Shown: positions 1 through 8,873, numbered from the stretch's first letter. The stretch: DNA of 25,550 nt from an uncultured bacterium (GCA_963768305.1 CAVYHE010000012.1:1-25550), one strand, 5' to 3'. Numbers and translations are program-made. Notes: generated by a model from the letters alone, not told the origin.

Positions 1-366
1 GAAATATTCAACAAAGAGAACAAGAAAAAAATAAAAGGCATAAATAGGGCCGCGCTGGACATGCTTATGGCTCATGACTGGCCGGGAAATGTCAGGGAAC
101 TGGAGAATGTGGTGGAAAGAGCCCTGGTGCTTTGCAGGAAAGACATGATCACTGTGCACGAACTTTCGTCAAATCTTCACAGGGGCGATGAAGCGGTGGT
201 CCCTGCCGCAGGGGCCACTTTGCCGGAGATCGTAGAATCGATTGAGAAACAAAAGATCAGCGAAGCCCTGAAAAAATATAAGACCCGGAAACAGGCCGCG
301 AAAGCCCTTGGAATAACCGAAAGAATGCTTGGTTACAAGATCCAAATATACAAAATTGTAGATTAA
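1..366 (+). CDS. Sigma54-dependent transcriptional activator (bEBP, NifA/NtrC family), C-terminal part; 5' end lies outside the window
   Basis: Frame is open from base 1 (EIFNKENKK...). It carries the AAA+ sensor-II motif HDWPGNVRELENVVER and a C-terminal Fis-type HTH (KQAAKALGITERMLGYKIQIYKI) resembling the NifA-type recognition helix. Confidence 0.9.
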   Translation, partial: EIFNKENKKKIKGINRAALDMLMAHDWPGNVRELENVVERALVLCRKDMITVHELSSNLHRGDEAVVPAAGATLPEIVESIEKQKISEALKKYKTRKQAAKALGITERMLGYKIQIYKIVD

Positions 367-392
367 ATTTTAAACATGCATACAAATTTGTA
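349..392. promoter_or_regulatory. Paired TACA-N4-TGTA palindromes, putative activator binding sites (UAS) for promoter 1
   Basis: TACAAAATTGTA at 349-360 and TACAAATTTGTA at 381-392; the same motif pair recurs before the other three sigma54 promoters. Confidence 0.7.
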
Positions 393-421
393 ATACCCGC
401 TCTCAAATCATTACTGAAATA

Positions 422-437
422 CGGCCACAAAATTGCT
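422..437 (+). promoter_or_regulatory. Sigma54 (-24/-12) promoter of the barrel/APC-PII/PII operon
   Basis: CGGCCACAAAATTGCT: GG 423-424, 10 nt, GC 435-436. Confidence 0.7.
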
Positions 438-488
438 CCCTAATAAGCTGAACGCGTCAGCAAAGGATTAAATAAAGGGGGCAATATC

Positions 489-1202
489 ATGAAGTTAAAA
501 AAATATGTTTTAAGTTTGGCTTTAATTATGGCTGTCTCAGTGTCCTGTTCTGCGACCCCCTCTTCGCAGATTTGGAATCCTTCCACAGATATTCAATCCA
601 CGGGGACATGGCATCTTGGGATAGATAATTATTTCACTTTGGCCTGGCCTCAGAGCGGCGGCACGGCATTCCCGACAGACGTCAATTTAACCTATGGCGC
701 AATGTCGGGAGTTGAAGTTGGGGTAGATTCATTCTCTCCAAGCTCGAATCAGTTCACGTTCAATGCCAAATATGGCATTCCCGAGAGCGGGAATATACCG
801 GCATATTCGGTAGGGGTATTTAATTTTGGCTTTGACACGCTCGACGGAGTTAAGAGCGCGGACCAGAACATCGTATACGGGCTTGTTTCAAAGGTGTTCG
901 GATTTGGAAGGCTTACAACCGGATATTATTCAGGCAACAAGGATGTGCTTGTGGATGAGTTTGGCGACGCGCAGAACACAGGTTTTATCTTTACATGGGA
1001 TAAGATGCTGACGGATAAGATCTGGGCGTGCATCGATTATGCTTCGGGATATTCGGCAAATGGAGCCGCGTTCTATGGATTCTCTTATTCGTTCGCTCAG
1101 AACACATCTGTGCTATTCGGCTACGGGACGTTCAATAATGAAAACGCTCCTGGAGCAAGCAAAAAACCGGTTGTAACGACTCAATTAGACATCAATATAT
1201 AG
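489..1202 (+). CDS. Exported protein, putative outer-membrane beta-barrel/porin
   Basis: N-terminal signal peptide (MKLKKYVLSLALIMAVSVSCSA), alternating aromatic/Gly-rich beta strands, C-terminal QLDINI resembling a beta-signal, SD AAGGGGG upstream. Confidence 0.6.
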   Translation: MKLKKYVLSLALIMAVSVSCSATPSSQIWNPSTDIQSTGTWHLGIDNYFTLAWPQSGGTAFPTDVNLTYGAMSGVEVGVDSFSPSSNQFTFNAKYGIPESGNIPAYSVGVFNFGFDTLDGVKSADQNIVYGLVSKVFGFGRLTTGYYSGNKDVLVDEFGDAQNTGFIFTWDKMLTDKIWACIDYASGYSANGAAFYGFSYSFAQNTSVLFGYGTFNNENAPGASKKPVVTTQLDINI

Positions 1203-1223
1203 AATTAAAAGGAGATGATCGAT

Positions 1224-3086
1224 ATGAACGGCGAAAGAGCAGATTCGGCAAAACTGGTAAAACCTACATTAGGATTAATGGGGGCGGCAATGAACGCGAT
1301 GGCGCTGATAGCTCCTGGCGCGTTCCTGTGGATCACTTATCAGATGCAGGCAGCGGCAACGGCGCCGAACGGGGCGTCTGTGGCGAACGATATCTGGGCC
1401 GGGATAGTTCTGGCATTGATAGTCGCATTTCTTACGGCTATTTCATATTCAGAATTAGCGAAAATATATCCCGAAGCGGGTTTCGCCAGCGTGACATATT
1501 TTGCTGAAAAAGCTTTCCTTGACCGCGAAGGCGCAAAAAGATCCGCTCCGGCCTCTCTAGCCAGGTTCGCGAAACTTGTCACCGGCTGGGCGGCTCATCT
1601 GTTCTATTGGGTATATCCCGGCATCATGGTTGCGATGATGGCGAACCTTGTCGGTTACATATTCGCTCAGCTGACAGGCCTTACATTATCTGCAATTGCG
1701 CTTACCATTATCGGGGTTATCTTTACCGCGGTGACAGGTTATATCGCATATCGCGGGGTCGTAGGATCCACGACAACAGCGATCTGGGTCAATGTCATAC
1801 AATGGGTCACGCTTGTTATCTTCAGCGGACTTGCCATCTGGTATCGTATCGCGAATCCGCAAGGGGTCACAATGTGGGCTTTCAGCAATGCCTGGGATAT
1901 TGTGAGGCCGCATACCCTGAACGGGGTCCTGGTGCAGTCAACTCTTGCGATATTGATATTGGTCGGGTTTGAAAGCTGTACGGCTCTTGCTGCCGAAACG
2001 AAAGAGCCGGGAAAGACCCTGCCCAAAGCCATCATCATTTCTCTAATAGTTCAGGGGCTGATCGCCTATCTTCTTGAATATTTCGCGGCTGGCGCGATGA
2101 TAGGAGAAAAGCTTGTGAACGGAAAAGTTTCCGGAATGGCCGCTGCTGCGGCATCATCTGCCCCAATCGGCGACCTTGCCAAACTCATCGGCAACAGCAT
2201 GCTTGGAGGCATCGGATTCGGGCTCATGATAACAATGGCGATCACCGTGGCAATAGCTATCATCGGAACAACATTGAGCTGCATGAACACCGCCATGAGG
2301 ATAAGCGCTGGAATGGCTGAGGACAGGGAACTTCCCACGATGATGGGCTATATGTCCAGAAAATTCGGGACGCCCCACATGTCCCTTTTAATGTTGATAT
2401 TGGTCTCGTCAATAATATCTGCGGTCGGCGTAAGGTCGGTGGTCGGATTAACGGGCATAACCCTTGCGTCGAACCTCGGGACTTTTATCCTTTACGGATT
2501 GACATGCATATGGACGATAGTGGCATTCAAGAGCAGGATGGATTTCAATTTTTTGAAACACGGGATAATTCCTTTCTTCGGGGTAATAACGAACATCATT
2601 ATGGCGGTCGCCATAGTTTATCTTTATGCCATCGGAAATGCGGACGCTAAAGCGGAAGCGGATATCTGCTTCCTTATTGCGGGCGGATGGGGGCTTATAA
2701 GCGTCGCCTATGTTGTGCTTACCAGCGTGAAAAGGTCATACAGCCTTAAAATGGTTTCTGCCATAATCCGTCCGGAATCGTTGGACGCTCTGGTGGATGT
2801 TCTCCAGGATGAAGATCTAATCCTCGGAATGACAGTAACAAAAGTAAAGGGTTTTGGCAGACAAAAAGGCAAAATAGACGGCGCTGAGCCTATCAATGAC
2901 AAAATATCATTTATCCCAAAATTAAGGGTGGATCTCGTAGTGAATGACTGGGATGCGCCGGAGGTCATGAGGATAATGAGGGATGCATTGTTCACCGGAA
3001 ATGTCGGCGACGGCAAAATATTCGTGATGGATGCGACAGATGCGATGAGGATAAGAACGGGAGAGCGCGGAGTGATGGCCGTTTAA
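1224..3086 (+). CDS. APC-superfamily (amino acid/amine) permease fused to a C-terminal PII (GlnB/GlnK-like) domain
   Basis: About 12 hydrophobic segments with APC motifs (ISYSELAKIYPEAG, LVGFESCTALAAETKEP, SRKFGTPH). From about 2745 a PII domain follows (LKMVSAIIRP...GMTVTKVKGFGRQKG...FIPKLRVDLVV...TGNVGDGKIFV...RIRTGERG). ATG 1224 is better spaced from SD GGAG (1211-1214) than ATG 1215. Confidence 0.85.
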   Translation: MNGERADSAKLVKPTLGLMGAAMNAMALIAPGAFLWITYQMQAAATAPNGASVANDIWAGIVLALIVAFLTAISYSELAKIYPEAGFASVTYFAEKAFLDREGAKRSAPASLARFAKLVTGWAAHLFYWVYPGIMVAMMANLVGYIFAQLTGLTLSAIALTIIGVIFTAVTGYIAYRGVVGSTTTAIWVNVIQWVTLVIFSGLAIWYRIANPQGVTMWAFSNAWDIVRPHTLNGVLVQSTLAILILVGFESCTALAAETKEPGKTLPKAIIISLIVQGLIAYLLEYFAAGAMIGEKLVNGKVSGMAAAAASSAPIGDLAKLIGNSMLGGIGFGLMITMAITVAIAIIGTTLSCMNTAMRISAGMAEDRELPTMMGYMSRKFGTPHMSLLMLILVSSIISAVGVRSVVGLTGITLASNLGTFILYGLTCIWTIVAFKSRMDFNFLKHGIIPFFGVITNIIMAVAIVYLYAIGNADAKAEADICFLIAGGWGLISVAYVVLTSVKRSYSLKMVSAIIRPESLDALVDVLQDEDLILGMTVTKVKGFGRQKGKIDGAEPINDKISFIPKLRVDLVVNDWDAPEVMRIMRDALFTGNVGDGKIFVMDATDAMRIRTGERGVMAV

Positions 3087-3101
3087 AAGGAGGGAATGAA
3101 C

Positions 3102-3440
3102 ATGAAAAAGATAGAAGCGATAATCAGGCCCAGCAAGATAGATGATGTATGCAGCGCGCTTAATAAAGTGGGGCATTCGGGAATAATGGTGACGGATATA
3201 GAAGGCCACGGAAAACAGAAAGGTGTGGAGCAACAAGTGCTCGGAAAGACCTATAGAGTGAGCCTTCTCCCAAAAGCCCGCATAGAATTAATAGTTAAAG
3301 ATTCAGAAGTTGGCAATATTGTAACGGCGATCAAGAATGCCGCATACTCCGGCAAAGTGGGGGACGGGAAAATATTCATTCATCCGGTGGAAGATGCAAT
3401 AAGGGTACGCACGGGAGAACAGGGGGACAATGCGATCTGA
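3102..3440 (+). CDS. glnB: PII-family nitrogen regulatory protein
   Basis: [10 protein letters not shown]...GHGKQKG...TYRVSLLPK...GKVGDGKIF...RVRTGE; SD AGGAGG at 3088-3093 favours ATG 3102 over 3096. The glnB versus glnK name is arbitrary. Confidence 0.9.
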   Translation: MKKIEAIIRPSKIDDVCSALNKVGHSGIMVTDIEGHGKQKGVEQQVLGKTYRVSLLPKARIELIVKDSEVGNIVTAIKNAAYSGKVGDGKIFIHPVEDAIRVRTGEQGDNAI

Positions 3441-3654
3441 AATGAATATTGAACGGCCGCTTGATCATGCATTGGTAAAAAAGTCCGGCAATATCTTAAT
3501 GGGGATCATAATTTTGACTGACATCATGATGGTTGTATTGATCGTTACCATTATATTGGGAATATTAGGTTTGTTGAAGCATCGGCTATTGAGCGTCGCA
3601 TTGATCCTTTTATCTTTGTTCGTCTCTTATAAATTCGCCAAAAGTTGCCTGTGA
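3430..3654 (+). CDS. Small hypothetical membrane protein (2 TM)
   Basis: 74-aa ORF overlapping the PII stop, with two hydrophobic helices; alternative start at 3442. Confidence 0.5.
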   Translation: MRSEMNIERPLDHALVKKSGNILMGIIILTDIMMVVLIVTIILGILGLLKHRLLSVALILLSLFVSYKFAKSCL

Positions 3655-3681
3655 TCAAATATGCTCATTAATTTGAGCGAG

Positions 3682-3724
3682 GGCCGCCTCTTTATCGCTA
3701 ACACCCTTAGAGAGCGGCCTTTTT
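3682..3724 (+). terminator. Possible intrinsic terminator ending the barrel/APC-PII operon
   Basis: GGCCGC-CTCT...AGAG-A-GCGGCC stem with a long 17-nt loop, followed by TTTTT. Confidence 0.45.
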
Positions 3725-3725
3725 A

Positions 3726-3766
3726 TACATAAATGTAGTTAAAATTTAATAAAATACAAAAATGTC
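3726..3766. promoter_or_regulatory. Paired TACA-N4-TGTA sites upstream of amtB1
   Basis: TACATAAATGTA at 3726-3737 and TACAAAAATGTC at 3755-3766. Confidence 0.65.
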
Positions 3767-3787
3767 TTGTTTTATGAGTGTTCCCTG

Positions 3788-3803
3788 CGGCATCATAATT
3801 GCT
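3788..3803 (+). promoter_or_regulatory. Sigma54 promoter of amtB1-glnK1
   Basis: CGGCATCATAATTGCT: GG 3789-3790, N10, GC 3801-3802. Confidence 0.8.
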
Positions 3804-3848
3804 ATTACTAGTTGTGAGATCGAAGTATATTCAAGGAGGGTGTTAGCA

Positions 3849-5060
3849 ATGATAAATACTGGAGATACTGCCTGGGTCCTCATTTCGACCGCACTGGTGA
3901 TTTTAATGACGCCGGCATTGGGATTCTTTTATGGGGGCATGGTAAGGAAAAAGAATCTCTTATCCACTGTAATGCTTTCGGTCGTGATTCTGGTCCTGAT
4001 ATCTGTTCAATGGGTCTTATACGGATATACTCTTGCTTTCGGACCTGACAAAGGTGGAATTATCGGTGGGCTTCAATGGCTGGGGCTTATCGGGGTAGGC
4101 CAGCTGCCGAATCCCACCTATGCAGCTACGATACCACACCTAGCTTTTATGGTATTCCAGCTTGCTTTTGCCGTTATCACTCCCGCTTTGATCACGGGGG
4201 CTTTTGTTGAGAGGATAAATTTTCCCGGCTTCCTTGTTTTTACATTATTATGGGCGACATTCATTTATGATCCCGTTGCTCATTGGGTCTGGGGGATGGG
4301 TGGATTTTTAAGGAATATGGGAGCGCTTGATTTTGCGGGAGGCACAGTTGTTCATATCACCGCGGGGCTCTCCGCCCTGGCAGTGGCGATGGTCATAGGC
4401 AACAGAAAAGGGCATGGGAAATATCCGATGGAGCCATCCAATATACCGCTGACAGTTCTCGGCGCGTTCCTGCTATGGTTCGGATGGTTCGGGTTCAACG
4501 GCGGGTCGGCTTTATCCGCCGGAGGGCTTGCCACTTCAGCGGTGGTCGTCACGAATACGGCGGCAGCGTCAGCCGGGCTGGTCTGGATGATAATAAGCTG
4601 GATACATAAAAGGCCTTCAGTCCTTGGGTTGGCTACAGGCGTAGTTGTCGGACTTGTCGCCATAACTCCCGCTTCAGGATTTGTAAGCCCGTTATCCGCA
4701 TTAGCGATAGGAGCGATAGCGGCGATAATTTCATACTATGCGATTATCATACGAACAAAAACAGGTCTGGACGAATCACTGGATGTCTTCGCATGCCACG
4801 GTATGGGAGGGATAACCGGAGCTCTTTTGACCGGAGTATTTGCCGAGAAAGCGATAAATCCCGCCGGCGCTAATGGCTGGATCATGGGAAATCCGCATCA
4901 GTTCGTAGTTCAGTGTATTGCAGTTGCAACTGTTGTCGCATTTTCATTCGTCGGAGCTTTCATAATAGCAAAAATAGTCGATGCGGTTTTCAGCATGAGA
5001 GTGCGTGAAAGCGAAGAGGATGTCGGGCTTGATATTTCTCAGCACGGCGAAACAGTTTAA
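3849..5060 (+). CDS. amtB: Ammonium transporter (Amt/Mep/Rh family), copy 1
   Basis: MINTGDTAW...GFFYGGMVRKKN, DFAGGTVVH, WFGWFGFNGGS, DVFACHG (twin His), GLDISQHGE. The real start is ATG 3849 after SD AGGAGG; the ORF-track start at 3762 lies upstream of the promoter. Confidence 0.95.
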   Translation: MINTGDTAWVLISTALVILMTPALGFFYGGMVRKKNLLSTVMLSVVILVLISVQWVLYGYTLAFGPDKGGIIGGLQWLGLIGVGQLPNPTYAATIPHLAFMVFQLAFAVITPALITGAFVERINFPGFLVFTLLWATFIYDPVAHWVWGMGGFLRNMGALDFAGGTVVHITAGLSALAVAMVIGNRKGHGKYPMEPSNIPLTVLGAFLLWFGWFGFNGGSALSAGGLATSAVVVTNTAAASAGLVWMIISWIHKRPSVLGLATGVVVGLVAITPASGFVSPLSALAIGAIAAIISYYAIIIRTKTGLDESLDVFACHGMGGITGALLTGVFAEKAINPAGANGWIMGNPHQFVVQCIAVATVVAFSFVGAFIIAKIVDAVFSMRVRESEEDVGLDISQHGETV

Positions 5061-5077
5061 TTAAAAAGGAGGCGTGA

Positions 5078-5422
<345 letters not shown>

Positions 5423-5423
5423 T

Positions 5424-5475
5424 AACAAATTTGTATAAATTTCAGGCATTTGTTTAAAAATTATACATTTTCGTA
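5424..5475. promoter_or_regulatory. Paired TACA-N4-TGTA-like sites upstream of amtB2
   Basis: AACAAATTTGTA at 5424-5435 and TACATTTTCGTA at 5464-5475. Confidence 0.6.
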
Positions 5476-5490
5476 GGTGAAGTTTTGTGC

Positions 5491-5536
5491 AAATGGTCAA
5501 ATTTTAGGCGTTATTATGTTTAAAATTTGACCATTT
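5491..5536. repeat. Perfect 16-bp inverted repeat (14-nt spacer) overlapping two Fis-like boxes
   Basis: AAATGGTCAAATTTTA (5491-5506) is the reverse complement of TAAAATTTGACCATTT (5521-5536). Confidence 0.8.
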
Positions 5537-5543
5537 AAAATTT

Positions 5544-5559
5544 AGGCAACATTATTGCT
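5544..5559 (+). promoter_or_regulatory. Sigma54 promoter of amtB2-glnK2
   Basis: AGGCAACATTATTGCT: GG 5545-5546, N10, GC 5557-5558. Confidence 0.75.
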
Positions 5560-5593
5560 GTTATCTCCAATAAATGAAGGGAGAACTACAATA

Positions 5594-6808
5594 ATGATAA
5601 ATTCCGGAGATACCGCCTGGGTTTTGATATCTACCGCGCTCGTGATCCTGATGACCCCTGCTCTTGGCTTTTTTTACGGTGGAATGGTGAGGAAAAAGAA
5701 CATTCTCTCCACTATTATGCTCTCTTTAGCGATACTTATGCTTATCTCCATCCAATGGGCGCTTTATGGATACACGATCTCATTCGGAGCGGACAAAGGC
5801 GGGATGATCGGAGGATTGAATTGGCTGGGACTGACCGGCGTGGGGCAGGCGCCATACGCACCTTACGCGCCTACAATACCGCATCTGGCATTCATGATAT
5901 TCCAGCTGGCTTTCGCGGTCATTACTCCTGCGCTAATAACAGGCGCATTTGTCGAGAGAATAAATTTTTCAGGCTTTCTGGTCTTTTCACTTGTTTGGGC
6001 CAGTATTGTATATGATCCTGTCTGCCATTGGATGTGGGCAGTAGGAGGATTTTTAAGGAATCTGGGCGCGCTTGATTTTGCCGGAGGATCGGTCGTTCAC
6101 ATGACCGCCGGCTTCTCGGCTCTTGCGCTGGCACTTGTGATAGGGAAAAGAAAAGGTTACGGAAAGGTCCCCATGGAGCCATCAAATATTCCTCTGACGG
6201 TCCTTGGAGCTTTTCTTTTGTGGTTCGGGTGGTACGGATTCAACGGTGGTTCCGCATTGTCTTCCGGCGGGCTTGCTACTGCAGCTATTGTTAACACAAC
6301 TCTTGCGGGCGCCGCGGCCGGGCTTATCTGGATGGTAGTAAGCTGGATACATAAAAGGCCAAGCATCCTCGGCGTTTCAACAGGAGCTATTGTTGGTCTT
6401 GCGACGATAACTCCCGCATCAGGATATGTAAGCCCCATGTCTTCGATCATCATAGGTTCGATAGCTGCTATCATTTCTTATTATGCCATTATTTTCAGAG
6501 TTAAATCGGGGCTTGACGAATCGTTGGATGTTTTTGCGTGCCACGGGATGGGAGGCATGTTCGGAATGCTTTGCGTCGGCCTATTTGCCGAGAAAACCGT
6601 GAACCAGGCTGGAGCGAATGGCCTCTTTTCCGGAAATCCGGGGCAGCTTGGAGCGCAGGCGATAGCTATAGTCGTGGTAGCCTTGTTCGCATTTATACTC
6701 TCATATATTATGGGAAAAGTGATCGATGCGATATTCATTCTTCGTGCCAGGGAAAATGAGGAAGATGTCGGCATGGATATTTCCCAGCACGGCGAGACCA
6801 TATATTAA
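5594..6808 (+). CDS. amtB: Ammonium transporter, copy 2
   Basis: MINSGDTAW..., DFAGGSVVH, WFGWYGFNGGS, DVFACHG, GMDISQHGE. Start ATG 5594 by homology to copy 1 and SD GAAGGGAG. Confidence 0.95.
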   Translation: MINSGDTAWVLISTALVILMTPALGFFYGGMVRKKNILSTIMLSLAILMLISIQWALYGYTISFGADKGGMIGGLNWLGLTGVGQAPYAPYAPTIPHLAFMIFQLAFAVITPALITGAFVERINFSGFLVFSLVWASIVYDPVCHWMWAVGGFLRNLGALDFAGGSVVHMTAGFSALALALVIGKRKGYGKVPMEPSNIPLTVLGAFLLWFGWYGFNGGSALSSGGLATAAIVNTTLAGAAAGLIWMVVSWIHKRPSILGVSTGAIVGLATITPASGYVSPMSSIIIGSIAAIISYYAIIFRVKSGLDESLDVFACHGMGGMFGMLCVGLFAEKTVNQAGANGLFSGNPGQLGAQAIAIVVVALFAFILSYIMGKVIDAIFILRARENEEDVGMDISQHGETIY

Positions 6809-6827
6809 TAACTCGGGAGGATCATAA

Positions 6828-7166
6828 ATGAAAAAGATCGAAGCGATAATCAGGGTGGAAAAACTGGAAGAAGTCAAAACGGAGCTGGAAAAAGCCGGAT
6901 TTATCGGCCTGACGGTCACGGAGGTAAAGGGAAGAGGCGCTCAAAAAGGCGTCATGCTCGAATGGAGAGCAGGCGAATATAGAGTTGAATTCCTTCCGAA
7001 ATTAAAGCTGGAGCTTGTAGTAAATGATCCTAGGCTTAATGAAGCGCTGGAAATCATTTCAAAGACTGCGCGGACAGGAAAGATTGGTGACGGAAAAATA
7101 TTTGTTTCAGATGTTTCAAAAGTAATCAGGATCAGGACAGGAGAATCAGGGGATATAGCTGTATAG
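6828..7166 (+). CDS. glnK: PII protein GlnK, copy 2
   Basis: Near-identical to copy 1 over the first ~65 aa; SD GGAGG. Confidence 0.95.
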   Translation: MKKIEAIIRVEKLEEVKTELEKAGFIGLTVTEVKGRGAQKGVMLEWRAGEYRVEFLPKLKLELVVNDPRLNEALEIISKTARTGKIGDGKIFVSDVSKVIRIRTGESGDIAV

Positions 7167-7174
7167 ACGATCAG

Positions 7175-7217
7175 TACAAAATTGTATCATTTATCTTAGC
7201 TTGATAACAATAATGTA
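7175..7217. promoter_or_regulatory. Paired TACA-N4-TGTA sites upstream of glnA1
   Basis: TACAAAATTGTA at 7175-7186 and AACAATAATGTA at 7206-7217. Confidence 0.7.
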
Positions 7218-7271
7218 CAATTTAATATTAGCCAAATAGAACAATTTGGCTTTGTTACGGCAAAAAAATAC

Positions 7272-7287
7272 TGGAATGAAAGTTGCT
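7272..7287 (+). promoter_or_regulatory. Sigma54 promoter of glnA1
   Basis: TGGAATGAAAGTTGCT: GG 7273-7274, N10, GC 7285-7286. Confidence 0.7.
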
Positions 7288-7365
7288 ACGTAAGTAGTTG
7301 GTCGAACTTAACTTTCCAGATAATGAACAGTGTTCGATAAATAGCAAAAAGGAGGAAAAATAATA

Positions 7366-8805
7366 ATGAGCATGTTAGCAAACGCGAAGACAGCGGCAGA
7401 AGTCATAAAATTCGCAAAAGACAAAGGCCTGCAGATTTTTGATTTTAAGTTCAACGATCTACCGGGACTCTGGCAACATTTTTCAGGGCCAATTACTGAT
7501 CTAGAGGAGGGGATGTTCAAAGACGGTCTCGGGTTTGACGGATCTTCAATAAGAGGTTTCCAAAAGATACAGGAATCCGATATGCTGCTTATCCCCGATC
7601 ACACCACAGCCTGTATCGATCCCATTTGCAAGGTCCCGACCCTTTCCCTGGTTTGCGATATCCTTGATCCTATTACAAAAAAGCCGTATACAAGGGATCC
7701 CAGGTATGTGGCGAAGAAAGCAGAAGAATATCTAAAATCTTCCGGGGTGGCGGATAATGCCTATTTTGGGCCTGAGCTTGAGTTCTTCCTGTTCAATGAC
7801 ATCAGGTTCGATCAGACTGAGAACAGCGGGTACTATTTTATCGATTCTAACGAAGGAGACTGGAATTCAGGGCGCGACGAAAAGCCCAATTTGGGGTATA
7901 AACCCAGATATAAGGAAGGCTATTTCCCTGTTCCGCCGCATGATTCTCTTCAGGACCTGCGCAGCCAGATAATCCTTCTAATGAACGAGGTAGGATTGAA
8001 TGCTGAAATCCACCATCATGAAGTTGCTACGGCAGGCCAGTGCGAAATAGACATGCGTTACAACACACTCCTGAAGATGGCCGACAATGCGCTGATGTTC
8101 AAATATATAGTCAAGAACATTGCGAAAGCGTCGAATATGGTGGCTACATTTATGCCGAAGCCACTTTTCGGCGATAATGGATCGGGCATGCACGTGCATC
8201 AAAGCTTGTGGAGAGAAGGAAAACCGCTGTTCTTTGATGCCAAAGGTTATGGAATGATCAGCCAGCTTGCCAAATATTATGCTGGCGGACTTCTCAAACA
8301 TGCGGCTTCTTTGCTTGCTTTCTGCGCCCCCACGACAAATTCATATAAAAGGCTGGTTCCCGGGTATGAAGCTCCGGTGAACCTTGTCTATTCACAAAGG
8401 AACAGGAGTGCCGCTGTCAGGATCCCGATGTATTCCGAAAACCCAAAGACAAAGAGATTGGAATTCAGGCCGCCCGACCCGTCAGCGAACCCGTATCTTG
8501 CTTTCTCGGCCATGCTTATGGCAGGGCTGGACGGGATCGCGAACAAGATAGAGCCGCCTGCGCCGGTCGATAAGAACATATTCGAGGATCTGACGGCAGA
8601 AGAAAGGGCAAGGATCAAAACAGTTCCTTCTTCATTAGAGGAATCCATCAATGCGCTGGAAAGGGACCATGAATTCCTTTTGAAAGGCGGCGTGTTCACA
8701 AAGGACCTGATAGATGTATGGATAGAGTTCAAGCGCCTGAAAGAGATTGACGCAGTAAGGCTTAGACCGCATCCGTATGAGTTCTACCTGTATTTTGATA
8801 CGTAA
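7366..8805 (+). CDS. glnA: Glutamine synthetase type I, beta subclass
   Basis: FDGSSIRGF, GPELEFF, HHEVA, FMPKPLFGDNGSGMHVH, NSYKRLVPGYEAP, RNRSAAVRIP, RPHPYEFYLYF. The GSI-beta insertion is present (YYFIDSNEGDWNSGRDEKPNLGYK). Confidence 0.97.
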   Translation: MSMLANAKTAAEVIKFAKDKGLQIFDFKFNDLPGLWQHFSGPITDLEEGMFKDGLGFDGSSIRGFQKIQESDMLLIPDHTTACIDPICKVPTLSLVCDILDPITKKPYTRDPRYVAKKAEEYLKSSGVADNAYFGPELEFFLFNDIRFDQTENSGYYFIDSNEGDWNSGRDEKPNLGYKPRYKEGYFPVPPHDSLQDLRSQIILLMNEVGLNAEIHHHEVATAGQCEIDMRYNTLLKMADNALMFKYIVKNIAKASNMVATFMPKPLFGDNGSGMHVHQSLWREGKPLFFDAKGYGMISQLAKYYAGGLLKHAASLLAFCAPTTNSYKRLVPGYEAPVNLVYSQRNRSAAVRIPMYSENPKTKRLEFRPPDPSANPYLAFSAMLMAGLDGIANKIEPPAPVDKNIFEDLTAEERARIKTVPSSLEESINALERDHEFLLKGGVFTKDLIDVWIEFKRLKEIDAVRLRPHPYEFYLYFDT

Positions 8806-8820
8806 AAGGGCATAGTTCGT

Positions 8821-8856
8821 AAATCCGCCCCGACCAAAAATCGGGGCGGATTTTTT
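8821..8856 (+). terminator. Strong intrinsic terminator after glnA1
   Basis: AAATCCGCCCCGA-ccaaaaa-TCGGGGCGGATTT followed by TTT: 13-bp perfect stem plus U-tract. Confidence 0.9.
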
Positions 8857-8873
8857 CCGGAGGTACCATCAAA

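Noticed and set aside
3663..3678. GCTCA-N6-TGAGC palindrome after the small membrane gene
   Set aside because: Single occurrence, one base longer than a Fis box and not an NtrC consensus; cannot be assigned.
3762..3848. N-terminal extensions of amtB1 (from 3762) and amtB2 (from 5555) in the ORF track
   Set aside because: They overlap the sigma54 promoters and lack an SD. Both paralogs align from MIN(T/S)GD, where SDs are present.
6220..6250. WYGFN in AmtB2 versus WFGFN in AmtB1 as an altered Phe gate
   Set aside because: The change is at the position equivalent to E. coli F213; the gate residue F215 is retained and WYGFN is a common variant.
7288..7365. Possible glutamine riboswitch in the glnA1 leader (TCGAAC...GTTCGA pairing)
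   Set aside because: Only a 6-bp stem, and I cannot recognise the conserved glnA or downstream-peptide motif nucleotides; an Infernal/Rfam scan would be needed.
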